A stretch of DNA of 64,000 nucleotides from Eledone cirrhosa (Eukaryota): contig OZ024740.1 in the NCBI GenBank assembly GCA_964016885.1, positions 76,136,001-76,200,000 of the forward strand, in the 5' to 3' direction. The notes below the pieces were generated by a model. It did not search any database and had not been told where the DNA came from. It was given only the letters and a program-made list of their open reading frames with translations. Positions 1 to 14,759 of this stretch are shown one piece after another (within the stretch, counting starts at the first letter, position 1; each line of letters begins with the position of its first letter). A program made the position numbers and the translations under genes.

Positions 1-1261
1 TGTTTTATGTTATCGGCATTCAGAGCTCAGAGGAAGATTTCTCTCCCTGTGGCCACCAGTTGGATCGCTGCCACTTTGCTGAGTGGTGGAAGGACTTCCA
101 CTCATGCTTCAAGGCTCCATTGGCTCCGGATGAGTTGAGTGTCTGTAACATTACAGGACAAAGTGAACTCGCGGGCTTTATACGCAATGCGTCTCTGATT
201 ATTTGGAACGAGGCTCCAATGGCACACAGATATTTGCTGGAGGCATTGGATAGAACTTTGAGAGATATCTGCTGTAGTGACCTGCCATTCGATGGTAAGA
301 CTATCGTTATTGGTGGCGATTTCAGACAGGTGCTACCAATTGTTAGGAATGCTCAAAGAGCGCAAATTGTCGATGCATGTCTGAAAAAGTCCTCGTTGTG
401 GCGCCATTTCAGAGTTTTGCGATTACACGATAATATGCGACTTCGTATGTTCGGGCAAAACGAAGAGGCTGAGACATACGGCCGATGGTTGATGCAGTTG
501 GGAAACGATGAATTGCCACACGTTGGTGATAATCAGACTGTAAGAATCCAGACCATTTGGTCATTCCACTGGACCGCCAAGCATTGATTGACTGGATGTT
601 CCCTAATTTGAATGCTTTTTGGCAGAATATCTCCTGGATATCGGAACACATTATTCTAACTCATACGAATGCAACGGTCGATGAAATAAATTCACAAGTA
701 GCCGGAATGTTTCCTGGAGAGGAATGGTTGACCATCAGTGCGGATGCAATGGAGCCTAATCAGCAGAACAATATGGATGTTCCGACTGAGTATTTGAATT
801 CACTTCAAATACCCGGATTTCCTTCACATATTTTGAGGTTGAAAAAGGGTATGCCGATTATATTGCTTAGAAATATCAATCATAAAATGGGTCTTTGCAA
901 TGGTACCAGATTGATTGTTGAGAGATTGATTAACGGAAGAGTTTTAGAAGCTAAACTCCCAGGAATAGAGGAATCGGTTCTCATTCCGAGGATCATGCTG
1001 AGACCAAGTGAAGATCTGCTGCCATTCATTTGGCAAAGGAGACAGTTTCCCGTCAATTTGGCTTTCTCCATGACTGTCAACAAGGCACAGGGACAGACTT
1101 TCAAGCTAGTCGGTGTCTACTTGAATGATCCAGCATTCAGCCATGGGCAACTGTATGTTGCTGCATCTCGAGTGTGCGATCCTGATGGTATAAAATTTGC
1201 AATTAATACCATTAACAGAGGAACAACTATGAATATTGTCTATAATGAAGCTTTGAGCTGA
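1..1261 (+). mobile_element. Helitron RepHel remnant: C-terminal PIF1-family helicase, frameshifted
   Basis: Helicase motifs (AATLLSGGRT, IIWNEAPM, GGDFRQVLP, GLCNGTRL, FSMTVNKAQGQT, HGQLYVAASRV) are split over at least three frames (breaks near 105 and 560). It begins before the window. Confidence 0.9.
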
Positions 1262-1292
1262 TGTATGCATATCTTTAATGCTATCAATAAGT

Positions 1293-1605
1293 GACGTAAA
1301 TGATTCGGACATTGTGAGCTTTGACAGAGTTATCATTTCTGTTCAATGTCATTTAATGTCGTTATGAGCAATAAAAACAAACAAGTATTGGTAAAAATTG
1401 CTTTCACTGCTATGTTGCGCAATACATATCAACAAGTATTGGTAGAAATTGGCTTCACTGCTATGAATATTCGACGTAAATGATTCAGACATTGGTGTCC
1501 TTTGATCATTATTGTGAGCTTTGACAGAGTTATCATTTCTGTTCAATGTCATTTATTGTCGATAATGAGCAATAAAAACCAACAAGTATTGGTAGAAATT
1601 GCCTT
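1293..1605 (+). repeat. Internal direct duplication downstream of the helicase
   Basis: gacgtaaatgattc...gtgagctttgacagagttatcatttctgttcaatgtcattta...caagtattggta occurs at about 1293 and about 1473. Confidence 0.7.
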
Positions 1606-1992
1606 CAAATTTATCACTTCTGATTGCGGTGGTAATAAAACCTCATCAGATGCTGAGTCTGGCAAAAAGATTGGATCCTATGGCCGGCCAGGGCTAGAGT
1701 AATATTGAAAAACGATTTTATTTTCGAAGTAGAAGGATCCGCCATTTGGAGTTCAAACCAGGCCACCTCTCCGAGTTGAACTCTGGGCAACATTGACTGT
1801 CTATTACACAGTGGCTAAGAGCCTGGAAATTACTGAATAAAATTTTGTGTCATAATTTGTTGTTTTATTATTATAGCTGACCGCTTATAGATAAGCATGT
1901 TATCCATATCCATATTAATTTGGCATTTGTATAAACTATTTCAAGTAAATAGGGACCTTTTTTACATTGACGGACATCTTTTATATTAATTA

Positions 1993-2357
1993 TCTATATC
2001 TATATCTACATAAAATATAAAAGATTGGAACTTCCATCATCCTTTTGAGAAACGTGGAACAACCACGTCTATGCAATGATACACGTTTTACAGTCAGGCA
2101 GAAGATGAACCATCTCCTAGAGGTCACTATTCTAGGTGGGAGCACCTAGAATTATTCATATACTATGCACAAACGGTACAACGAAGATTCTGGTATATCT
2201 GGAAAATTTTTATTACTGTTTTTTTTTTGTATCACACACACACACCACGGCCTCGCCTCATACTGTAACCAGACAAACATCTAATACAGTCATTTTATCT
2301 TTTACCTGTCTTCTCTTATCATCTGTTTACCCGGGCGAAGCTGGGTACGTCAGCTAG
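1993..2357 (+). mobile_element. Non-autonomous Helitron
   Basis: A|TC start; 3' hairpin acccgg-gcgaag-ctgggt then CTAG|T. Retains a helicase C-terminal-like remnant (SRVGAPRIIHILCTNGTTKILVY). Confidence 0.75.
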
Positions 2358-2396
2358 TATACTCATAATAGTTATATACTCATACATATAGATGTA

Positions 2397-2779
2397 CTAG
2401 CTGGCGCGTCCGGCTGGCGCTCGGCTAGGTATACCTGCCCCCACCACTCCACTGCAAAGATACCACACACGCTCCCGTGTCACATTTTCCTCCCGACTTC
2501 GTAGTAAAGGGGAGGAGCTACCGTAGAAATGAGTTTAAAAAGAAAGAGTTAAGCTGTGTTGTTAATATACATACATACATGGTGGCTGCCAACTCGTTTT
2601 CGAGTACGGCCACTACTTTATATCCATGTAGGAGAACCCCTACATACATACGACCGTCAGCTTTATAAGTATAGATATGTGTGTGTGTTTGTGAATGTGC
2701 ATGTGTGTTTGTGTATGTGTGTATGTGTCTGTGTGTTTTGTTTTGATGTTATCCGGCAATTGGCGAAATCAGTGTGAAA

Positions 2780-2848
<69 letters not shown>

Positions 2849-3036
2849 CGTGCGTGTGTGTGTGTGTTACTTATGCAAGCAACGACAGATGAAAGATATA
2901 CCACGGAAATGAATGTTATTTTTCAATCACCGCTACATTTGATCATACACATTGTTTATTTCAAAATTATGTTAATGCCGATACTTGATTTAACGTCATT
3001 GGAAATTGGTCACTTGCTGGTCCCCCTCTGTCTGTC

Positions 3037-3123
<87 letters not shown>

Positions 3124-3352
3124 CTCTCTCTCTCTGATAACTAACACTTTAATTGTATCTCTCTCTACCTAAAGGCCTATCTCTCTCTTTTCCCCTCCTC
3201 TGCTTTTCTGTCTCTCTCTCTGTAGATGTGTGTGTGTAGTTTTCCTAATCTTTCTCTAAATCTCTCTCTCTCTTTCTTTCTTTCTCTCTCTCTATGTGTA
3301 TATATTGAAGGGAGATACGGAAACTAAAACAGTGTTGTCATATAGAGAGTGA

Positions 3353-3406
<54 letters not shown>

Positions 3407-3548
3407 AAGCAGTTAAATTATAGAGAGGGGCAATGATCTATTATAGAGAGAGGGAAGAGCGACGGAGAGAGTAAAGCTAAGAAACTATAGGGAGGTGTGT
3501 AGGATACATACATAATACACACGATGCTCAGCTTTATAATATTATAGA
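2397..3548 (-). mobile_element. Non-autonomous composite Helitron with (GT)n/(CT)n microsatellites
   Basis: Minus strand starts A|TCTATAATATTATAAAGCTG and ends in a GC-rich hairpin + CTAG|T. A second internal TC-type start lies near 2675. A related copy lies at 63476-63884. Confidence 0.75.
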
Positions 3549-3892
3549 TGTATGTGCACAATCATACGCATCAGGTGTAGAAAATCATAATCTCTCTATC
3601 TCTCTCATCACAAACTCTCTTTTTCTATATATATGGTAGTTGAAGTGGTGGTGGTGGCGACAATATATCGGAAGTGCAACTTGAAAAGAAGTCATTTGAA
3701 ATTATTTATTTTTCGAAATTATTTTTGTTTACGAAATTTAGTAAATAAATTATGTAATATTCATTACTTATTTATTCGAAGTAATCCAACTTATTTTACA
3801 AACGGGATTAAAAAAAAAAATAAACCGTACGCAATCCCGCAGACCTTCCTTTATTATAGTTTAGATATATATCATTTGATATTTAATATACT

Positions 3893-4130
3893 ATAATGAT
3901 TTCCAGTATAGGCACAAGGCCAGTAATTTGAGGGGTGGAGGTGTGTGTGTGTGTGTGGAGGGGGGGGGGGAGTCGATTAAATCGTCCCAAGTGCTTTATT
4001 TTATCGAACCCGTAAGGATGAATGGCAAAGTTAACCTCGGCGGGATTTGAACTCAAACCGTAAAGGACCGTAACTCTATGCTGCAAAGCATGGCGTCTGA
4101 TTCTCTACCGATACTGCAATCCACCACTCT
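3893..4130 (-). mobile_element. tRNA-derived SINE (main family of this window)
   Basis: A-box-like (tgcagtatcgg) and B-box-like (gagttcaaatcc) motifs plus shared body gttaactttgccxttcatccttacgg...ggccttgtgcc. Confidence 0.8.
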
Positions 4131-4499
4131 TTAACATACTATAATATCATCTCTACTCCTTAGGCCCCGGCACCCCCTGGACCTTCTCAACCCCCCCCCC
4201 CCACCACTTTGAGAACCTCTGATGTAACAGAAGGAGTGCCAGTTTATATATGTACAGTCAGTAGAACCATCTGTTACTTTTCATTGATTAAATATCTAAA
4301 TTAATATTTGAACATTATCATGTAATACTTGAACATAATTATGTAATATTGAACATTATCATGTAACATTGATTTATTTCTAGAAACGTCAGATAATAAA
4401 TCACCTGTATCATTGTTAAGCAATCAAACAAGTCATTTGTCTCTACGTCACAGCTGTCTAAGTTAATCATTTAAATAGTGTGTGTACCGGCTATCACTT

Positions 4500-5262
<763 letters not shown>

Positions 5263-5489
5263 GATTACAGAGGCTGGAATAACAGAGATAACGACAAAAA
5301 AACAAAACAACAGCAGCAGTAACAGCAATAGTAAAAAGAAAATCAAAACTGACTGTAGCATTAACGCCAACAACAACAATAACAACATCAACAGCACAGC
5401 GACGGTAGCAATACCAACAGCCACAACATGTCGTGTAGCGAGGGAGACATGAACAGAGGAGGGCAAACTGTTCCCAAAAGAAAAAAAAA

Positions 5490-5655
5490 TTGCTTAACGA
5501 CCTCAAGTTTCTAGATGTGATAGACATCGTCGAGAGCAGAATTTCCGAATCACGTGCCTTCGCGTCCATTTTCGGCGGCTACAAGGGGCATGCATCTCCA
5601 GGTCGACCGTGATCGGGAGGCGGAGTCGCTGTTTTGTTTCGGAAAGGTCTGATTC
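5490..5655 (+). mobile_element. L1/Tx1-clade LINE, APE endonuclease fragment
   Basis: Translates LNDLKFLDVIDIVESRISESRAFASIFGGYKGHASPGRP*SGGGVAVLFRKGL; homologous to 8760-8930. Confidence 0.6.
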
Positions 5656-6176
5656 TCATGGTACAGACCGTTTTACGGAAGCTAACTCGGTGGCGCTAGG
5701 TGTGACTAACTGTGAAGACTGTACATATAAGGATTGTTTCCGTTTTCATCATCAACATTCTGGTTATCTCTGTTTCTTTATCTTGATATTTGGATAATTA
5801 TTCCATTTCTTGAGAGATATATTGTCATCTGTTGGACCTGTTATGTCTATTAGGATGAATTTCTTTTCTTGATGGTCTTTTTATAAGATAGAACAAAACG
5901 CGAAAATAAGGTAATACACATAGCCTATGTGTATTACCTTATTTTCGCGTTTTGTTCTATCTTAAATAATCATCGCACGTGTCCTTCGTATTTCTTTCTC
6001 ATCTTTTCTTTCATTTGTGTGTATTGTACACTATTTAACTCATTGATTCCCAAGTATTTACATGCTTGTGTTTGATCTAATTATCTTATCCCATTTTCTT
6101 TATTAGTATTTTAACAAGTTTTCCTCGTTTTACAATTCAAATTACATATCTATTTCTCTTGTAAATCCATGTACTG

Positions 6177-7260
6177 TCTGCATTCAATGTGAGAGTCGGA
6201 CTCCGCCAAGGGTGCGTACTGTCACCTCTCCTGTACATATTTACATGAACAGGATTGACATGCGCAGCCAGGTTGGAAGTGGTATCATGACTGACGGGTA
6301 TAAAATCAGTCGGCTGGAATTTGCAGACGACATGGTGTTATTCAACACGACATAAGATAGGTTTGATGCTGAGTGCTACATGGCTGGAATAAAAATCAGT
6401 GCTGCGAAAACTGTGACACTCGTCCTTTCAAGGAAACCTGCACGGTGCACTCTACATGTGAATGGAATTCCACTGAAGCAGGTAGAGAAGTTCAAGTATC
6501 TCGGGGCCGTGTTCACGACTGATGGAAGACAGGAGGCTGAATTAAGTACAAGAATTACACCAGCTTCAGCATTCAGGAATCAGAAAAAGGGAGGAAGACG
6601 TAAAAGCCAAACTCGCTTTCTTTAATTTGGTATTCGTGCCAACCCTTACCAATAGTCATGAAACTTGGGTTATGATACACCAGCTTCAGCATTCAGTAAT
6701 CAGAAGAAGGGAGTTAGGCGTAAAAGCCAAACACACTGTCTTCAATTCGGTTTTCGTGCCAACCTTTACTTATGGTCATGGATTTCTGGTAATGACAGAA
6801 AGAATACAATCGCGAATACAAGCGGCCGAAATGAGATTCCTCCGAAAGGTCTTAGGAGTAACGTTACTTGATAGAGTGCGTAGCTCGGAGATCAGAGAGT
6901 CATTTCAGGTAGAGCCGCTACTTCTCTGAATTGAGTGATCACAGCTCCGATAGTACGGGTATGTGGTTAGAATGTCTCAGGAAAGAAGCGCTGGACAGAT
7001 TTTACGAGCAAAACCAACTGACAGGAGACCCAGGATTAGACCCCGAACAAGATAGTTGGATAACATCTACTAGCTTGGCTGGTCACGTGTGGCGATCAAA
7101 CCGGATCAGTTGGAGACGGTTGCTTCTACAGGATCCGCTGGAGGGTGTGTTTGAGGACTCTGCCCCCACGGCCCTCTCAGGAATAAGAGGGCGAAGAAGA
7201 AGAAGGAGGAGGAGGAGGAGGAGGAGAAAAAGAAGAAGAAGAAGAAGATGAAGAAGAAGA
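6177..7260 (+). mobile_element. RTE-clade LINE 3' fragment, degenerate
   Basis: GLRQGCVLSPLL, FADDMV, QVEKFKYLG and IQAAEMRFLRKVLGVTLLDRVR motifs with frameshifts. Internal duplication about 6555-6670 / 6675-6790; (AAG/AGG)n tail. Confidence 0.85.
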
Positions 7261-8699
7261 ACTAATTTATTCAAGGTTAGTTTGTCCAGGATCCAAGTAT
7301 AGGGGATACTGACAAAATCTTTCTGCTAATCAACGCATGCCATACTGCGATTCTTCCTTCTCTTTATACAGACTTCGGTAAAGGCTTTATTGAGCAATAA
7401 TTGATTTTTACATTCATATGAATCTATGAATATTTGCAGCATACTTTTTACTCTTCTGGAAACATTTTTGTCTTGGTGTTTGTTTAGTCTCTGCGATAGA
7501 CTGTAGGCTGGTAGGTTACGGACCAGTAATTTTATTAGGCTTTGCTGTGTCTTGATCAAGATGGAAATCAAGATGGATTTCCCTTTAGTTGTCAGTCATG
7601 GGTTTTCTCTTTAGTATGCCAGAGCCCCATGTTTCTTTGTCAAATGTTTTAACCGGAGCTTTGAGATCTCATGTCTTTTCAATTGTTTTTATTTTTCTGT
7701 GTGTTGGATGCTTCTTCGGTGGTTACGGTTTCCCACAATTGTTCAAATGCTGTGCTAGTTGTTTTAACTAGTTCTCAGCGTGGCGACTCCTACGTCTTTT
7801 GCTTTTCGTAATGCATAGATTTCTATTATATATTTGCTAACTTGTCTCATTTTGGGTTGGAGTCGAACTGTGGGTTTTACTCAGAGAAGCATTGGCGTCT
7901 TTCATACTTACGGATTCTTTGTGTTTTAGCAAGTATATATTATTTTAAGCATTCTTTGGATTCAGATATTTATTCTCTGCGATGACGTATATTAAAAAAA
8001 TGCTAAGACTTTTAGCAGTAGAGGTGAGGGCGACAACGACGGTGCTTGCATCGAATCCACAGGAAATGGGAAGCCAACATCAGCTGCAGCGATAACCAAA
8101 ACTGCTGCATTGACAACAACAAAAATAGCATAACAAACACAAGCAGCAACAGCAACAAACACAGCAACACCAACTTCTAATACCTGAACATACGTAGAGG
8201 TCATGCGTCTCCCCGACTTGGCACAGTCGGACATGGATCACATGTACACCAACATCAACCTCATCATACTCACCACCATTATCACTCTACCACAGATCCG
8301 ACAAACACCAACAACATCTCGACCACAACCCAACGCACATGCGCAACAACAAAAGCAAACCCAACAAAAAACAAACTAACATCACAAATTAGAAAGCCAT
8401 AAGCACGAACAACAAAAAGCTAATGCACCACATACAGCATAACACACACATTACACAAAATCACTACGTCCCCTCCAAAATTGCACTACTCACACGCATA
8501 TAAATTATACTTATTGCACAAGCCTCTTATAAAAACATAAAATGAAATTGGAGACTTCTGATGGTCTGTCACAAAATGAATTTCCACAGACTTAATCGTG
8601 GACTCACCCACAGCTAGCGAGAAGGATGGATCAGCCGTCCTTGCTCATCAGGAACAAGGTAAGTGATACTTCTCACTTTTCCTTCTCATCAAACATGGC

Positions 8700-10520
8700 C
8701 TTATAATAGGATGCGTGAATATATGTGGCCTGGTGTCGTAATAGAACCAGGGACATTTAGTCAACGACATCATGTCATATCTAAATATAGATATGGTGAC
8801 CATCAGTAATACTAGAATTTCCGAGGCATGAATTTTCACACCCATTTCCGGCGGCTACAAGTTGTACACATCTTCATGCTGTCCCAGATCGGGTGGTGGA
8901 GTCGCTGTTTTTAGGAAAGGCCTGGACATCACCACATGGACCATTTTCATGGATTCAGAATGTAAGTCGTGTGTGGTAGATGTGGCCAACAGCGAAAGCA
9001 TTGTTTCAAGTCGTCTATGAAGGATGGCTGATTTTTTAAGATGTTTAGAGATTTTTTCCAGGAACGTCCCGCTCTTTAGTTTTAGTGGGGTTGCGTGGGG
9101 ACAATGAATATGAGAGGAGGGTGTAAAAGCCTCACGAACAAGCCCAGACAATTCCAACTGTCTGCTAGATACCAACAGGATTTCCTGGATGTGCTATTGT
9201 ATGCCTGGTCAAACCGCATAGAGTCATCCAGTTATAATCTAGATGGGGTATTCTGTATGGAAGAAGAAAAGGTTAGCATAGATTGACCACATGTTAAAGT
9301 AGTCAACTATACAGACCTCAAATTTGTGATAAGTACAATCGATTTAGACTTTATAGGAAGCGTTCTAGTTCCTGTAAGCTAAACACGTAGTTCTTGACGT
9401 GCAAAGCATACAGATACCTGATTAGTGAATTAGTTAAGCAATCGTCAACAACAAATGTTGGCTCGCCTTGAAAATGGTGATTGGTGTGAATCAATATGGT
9501 TTAGTAAAGAAGTTGCGATAGAGAAAACTAAATGAGAAGGCGAGCTAGAAGTGGCATTTAGGAAAGGTACCGCGATCGATGTGTTCGTGGCAGAATAGGC
9601 CCTCGGCCTACTCTCTAAGGCGAAACACGAAGGTTTGCGTTGCAGAGCTATGGTGCTTGCTCTGAGCGAGGAAGGGGCGAAGCCATCCAATGGCTGAGAT
9701 GTAACTTGGCAACAAAGCCACGATCAGTCTTTGGCTGATCATGTTACTCGGTTTCGAGCAGATGTTTGCGGGCTTTCAGTGGCACTTCGCTTAGCCGTTC
9801 GGAACAAATTTCAGGCCGAATCACGGGATGCCATGTCGCTACTCTCGGCAACAGAGGTGCAGTGCTGCGAAAGACCGATGACAGCCCATGATATACAGAA
9901 GTCAATAACTGGGTTTGGATGGTTTGTCCTACAAACTACGTTTACATGCCAGTCGGCGACATCTTAGCGGGAATCTACGAGAAATGGCATCAGAATAATG
10001 ATTTACTAGTTCTGTGAGCCGACGGGTGACGGCGCTGCTGACAAAGGACCCGAAGAAGTAGGATCATATAGATAACCAAGCCCGCATCTCTGCTAAATCC
10101 AGAGTTCGAGATTTTGGACTAGATGTCGTCAGCGGTCTGTCTGGGGGGGGGGGGGGGCACAGACGTGCACCACCCCAAACAGATTCCCTCACAACAACCT
10201 CCACCTTATGTTATACCCCATAGAGAGGATAAGTAAGGAATCTCGTAAGGGTGGGCCCTGATCAACTTAGTTCAATCGAAAGCTTTCGATAGGGTCGACC
10301 ATTGCTACCGGGCGACTGTTAGACTCATAGGGCACTTGATGGACAGGCCGGTTAAGTTGCTCGGTGCCTAGTTCAATTCTGATCTCCAGATGGACAAAGG
10401 CTGTGACGAAGTAGGGAACAAGGTGGAAACTCTCATCCAGAAATGAGCTAAGAGGAAACTCTTTCCGAAAGGTCGCGAAAAAGTGGTGAATACGTATATC
10501 TCCTCTGCCATCTTGTACCG
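8700..10520 (+). mobile_element. Highly degenerate L1/Tx1-clade LINE ORF2 (APE + RT pieces)
   Basis: GCVNICGL...GGGVAVFRKG (APE), then KDPKK*DHIDN and HNNLHLML...QSKAFDRVDH (RT); many stops and deletions. Confidence 0.7.
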
Positions 10521-10684
10521 TGATCGGGTTCAGGAGTTCAGTAAAGTATTCTCTTCACATTGCGAAGATGCATATCTCTGAAGAGAGAACCCCAGAGGCG
10601 TTCCTGATAGCGGGTGTGGAGGAGGACATCTAATTAAGAAGTCGGTAGATGGTCTGCCAGAACACTTTATTTGCTGATCTGATC

Positions 10685-11470
10685 GGATTAGAGCTTAACC
10701 TCAAAGTCCTCCCATGTCTTAACTTTGGACCCCTTTACTGTCTCTCTTGCGATTAATCGTGCCTGCTTGTACCGCAAGTGCAAGAAGGAGGATTTATTTC
10801 CAAGCCTCCTTCTTCGCTTGGATGGTGTCTTTGAACTTTTGATTGAACCAAGGAATCTTCCTGCCATTCGGCGCCACACCAAGCCTCTTTCGCCGACAGC
10901 ATTTAACAACTGAAGCAGAAACCGTTGAGCTGAACAATCTTCACTGTTTCAACGTCTTTAGTTTTCCCAGGGAGTTCTCTGAACTTGGATTGTGATGTTT
11001 CAGGTTCCAATTATCAAGGTTTGCTCCCTTCGGGACTCTGTTTGGCGTCTCGGGATACGCAATCTTTATGCTTCAATCCCACGCCCCCAGGACATGTCGC
11101 ATGCCCATCACCAGTTTTTGCGGCATGAAATGGAGACTGCAATATATTTTTCGAACAGACCCCTCAACATAAGGCTTAATGCATCCCTTAATGCATCCCT
11201 TAAACGGTGCGATGGACGATTCTGTATGGTTCTTTATTGTTCCTCTTACTATATTGCAGTTGCTGTTTTGGGTGTCTTATTCGTGCCTGTCACCAATCTG
11301 GTAATTTTCCAAACCTGCGAAGACTAGGTATTTTAGATGCGGCCTTTACTCGCTTAGTCATAGCTATGTTACTATGTTTTGAGAGTATTCGTGGGATCTA
11401 CAGGCGTGACCCATTGTTCCATCTCCCCTAGTAGTTTAGCGCTGTTGGTCCGGAGTTGCTCATTCGTCCG
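10685..11470 (-). mobile_element. Degenerate RTE-like LINE fragment
   Basis: RYKQARLIARETVKGSKVKTWEDFEVKL resembles the EN-RT linker of RTE elements. Confidence 0.5.
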
Positions 11471-11723
11471 GTAGTTTCTCACTTATATCGTAACTAACCA
11501 TCAAACCTGGTGGCCGTATCAAATCCGCCACCTGCAACCCGTTCTCTAGCATAACAGCTCTGCCAAGAAACAGCTTAGTGTATGAAATACCTTTCGTGTT
11601 CTTCCTGATTTTGTTTATCCCCTTGGTAGTCTTATCTATATTTGTGATATACCAGAATAAAGATGAAATTTACAATCGTATTATGAAATCCAATATGTGG
11701 ATATCGTTAGCATTATGAGGATT

Positions 11724-12445
11724 TTATTTTATATAAAGGATAGTTGAGCTTCTCATGATTATTTCAAAGGTGTGAAACCGATTTAGACAATTTCTCCTTG
11801 ATAACCACTTCGCATCTGTGTGGTGCAACAAGTTTTGAAAATCCTCGTTGTTTTCAAGGCAAAACAGACGATAGTTTAGAGCACGAGCCGTGATTTTGTT
11901 GACGGCAGTGATGACCTTGTTTAGGGAATCGTGAAGACGACCACTAAGGTTTCGTGCAACAAGATGCTGTCGCTGAATCACGCGGAGCATTGTGTTGACA
12001 TCAGGTAGACTTGTTTTGAGATAACTGATGAAGGCGCGATGACAGCCAATCCTTGATAGTGCACTGGCTACGATATTAGTCAGTGGGATGTCCCTTTCGT
12101 TGATAAAGCTCCTGACCACATTGAAAATGGATTCATTCTTGGTATCAGTTTCGAATAGTTTGGCAAACAGCAGCTCTTGGAACAAACTTTCGTCTTTCAG
12201 GAAACGAACATATGCGAGAAGGAGGGATGCATTGTCTGGCAAAGTAGACTTGTCTAATTGAAAACTGAATTCTGTCTTCTTCAGAATTGTGCAGAGTTGT
12301 TCTCTGATGTTTTCTACCATTCCATCAACCTTACTCTGGACGAAGCTTTGATAATTGCCTCTGGTGTCCTATGTAGCACCGTCTTTATGACTTCGTTTAC
12401 AGCTGGTAAGATTAGCTGTTCTCCTATTGTGTGAGGTCTGCTACA
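11724..12445 (-). mobile_element. hAT (Buster/SCAND3-like) transposase fragment
   Basis: FSFQLDKST...LLAYVRF...QELLF...HLVARNLS...LLHHTDAKWLSR; catalytic and CxxH motifs decayed. Confidence 0.85.
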
Positions 12446-13899
12446 TTTAATTTTAGAAGGGCTTGATGAAGCCATAGTTTTGTTCTGAAAAGAAAATATT
12501 TAATTCAAATATAATTTGAAATCCTCATCGTGTAAAAATTCAATATCTCTGTGTTGTAAGCTTCATGATTGCAAACACATTTAATTACCGTGACTTTTAT
12601 TACAGCTGCTTTTAAAAGAACAAGATACAAAAAAAATAAAAAAATAAAAATTCAGGATCATTTCCATAAAGTCTTATCTCCGATTTGAAAGTCCTTAAGT
12701 TTTAAAAAATCTTTTCATTTTCCGAAACGTTTTGCTGTTGGATTGGATTGTCGAAAGAGCGTTTCAGAAATAAAAACCAACATTTGCATATATAGATCCA
12801 CCAAATCCACCCTTGATCTAATTATTATACACTTGAAAACTATGAAAACACTCAATGCACCGAAGACTCACCTTAGTATCGGAAGATTTTGTAAGTCCGG
12901 TATAATAGCAAAAGCAGTGTCGAAAATCAGAAGGTCACAGGTAAAACACAAAGTCACGTGGTGTTCCTTTTGTTAAAAAGTGTCTTTATATACATTATTA
13001 TTGAAAGGGTTGGAATAACCGTATTTGATCATGCCGGATGTTGATGACAAGCTCAATTAAAAGAAGTAAAACTGCAGGTAAAAGGTTAAGTAGAAGAAAG
13101 AACTAGAGATAACTTTTCACACATATGGGCGCGTTCACTTGCGTGGGTGGAATGACACAGCCTCTCCGTTACTTCTAACGACCCCCCCCCCCTTTTCTCT
13201 AGCTCCCCCATGTCCCCTTAGGCCCCAGTGCGCCCTGGACCTTCTAACCCGGGGGTGGTGTTGGTACCATCCACTTTGAGATCCTCTGGCCTAATTCATC
13301 GTCTGATTTACTACCACTACCCGGCCTCTGGCTTCTTTTAGCGGACTTTGCTGTTTCAAACATTTGACCTTCCTTTCCTAGTCCAATCTCCCAGTTTCAG
13401 GGACCCTTAAAATGGTTCTTGGCATTGCCCTAGCTCGTTTTGTTTAAGAGACAAAAGAAAAACAAAACGTTACTTTATGGATATACTGAAAAATGACAAT
13501 GGAAACCTCGAAATCCTTGTAGAACTCTTATTTTGTGGATCATTAAAATATATAAGTAAAAGCTGCACAACTACCTATAATATTTTATATAGTTCTGACC
13601 TTACATTTTCGGCGATTGTCTTGTAGTATCGCATTTACGATTTAGTACTCTTTATGTTTTGGTTAATAAGGATGTTTAGTATTTTACTTCAGGACTCGGT
13701 CATCCATGTCTTGTCCACGCCTTTATTTATCTATATATTATTTTTCATAAGTTTCTATGTACACCTTCCCCGTCGTTTTTGTAACTTGTTCTTGTAATGT
13801 ACCTTTATCCGTAGCCCTTGTGGCAAATAAATAAAGGATATTACAGCCGTTTGTTGACGTTGTTACTGTACTTTTACAAACCGTATTGTGGTGTTCTTT

Positions 13900-14550
13900 T
13901 CAAGTCGTTTTGTTGTTGTTGGCGGTGAGAGTGGTGGTGATGGTAGTAATGTTCTGGTTGAGTTTGTGGTGGCGACGGTCATAATGGCTGCTGGTGCGGC
14001 AGTTGTAGTGGTAGTGCTGGTGGTTCTGGTGGTAATGATGGGGTGTTACTTGTGGTTACGGTGGTGGTAGCAGAGATAGGGGTAGTAATGGTTGTAATAG
14101 TATGGTGGTGTTTGTGGTGGCGGTAATTATTGATGTGGTGTTATTGGTGGTGATGGCCATGGTAATGGTAGCGACAGTGGTGGTAACGGGAATGGTTTTG
14201 GTGGTATTGGTGGTATTGGTGGTAGCGGTGGTAGTGGAGGTATTACCAATATTGGTAGTAATGTTACGGTAGTGTTGCTGATTGTTGTGGTGATGATAGT
14301 GCGTTGGTAGTGGCGGTAATGGAGGTAATGGTATTAATGGTATGGCGGCTGCAGTGGTGATGGAGGTAGTGGGAGTATCGGAACAGTGGTATTTATGGCG
14401 TCGACGGTGGTTATGATGATTGTGGTGATAATGTTATGTGGTGTGTGTGGCGACAACGGCCATGCTGACGATGGTTTGTGGCGATGTCAGCCATGGTAGT
14501 GGTGGTGGCGATGGTAGTGGTGGTGATGGTGGGTGGTGGTAGTGATTGTT
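13900..14550. repeat. Degenerate (GGT/GTA)n low-complexity tract
   Basis: Visible trinucleotide periodicity. Confidence 0.75.
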
Positions 14551-14700
14551 TTAGTAGTGCAGTGTATCGGCTGTATTGTAATAAATTGCATCCTCTCTGT
14601 TTAGTACTGATCTCATTTGCTTATCTGAATTGATTATGTTTTATCCCAATGATACCGCACAGACTTAACTATCCGTGTGGCATAATGCAGTAACAATGTG

Positions 14701-14759
<59 letters not shown>

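Noticed and set aside
60-1261. Host PIF1 helicase gene
   Set aside because: Intronless, frameshifted and motif-damaged (DE>NE), among Helitron ends; better explained as a Helitron remnant.
7275-7960. Possible decayed Penelope-like fragment on the minus strand
   Set aside because: Similarity is too weak to call by eye.
12900-13085. Possible promoter or 5' UTR exon (CACGTG box, cag/gtaaaa donor)
   Set aside because: Short motifs expected by chance; no independent evidence.
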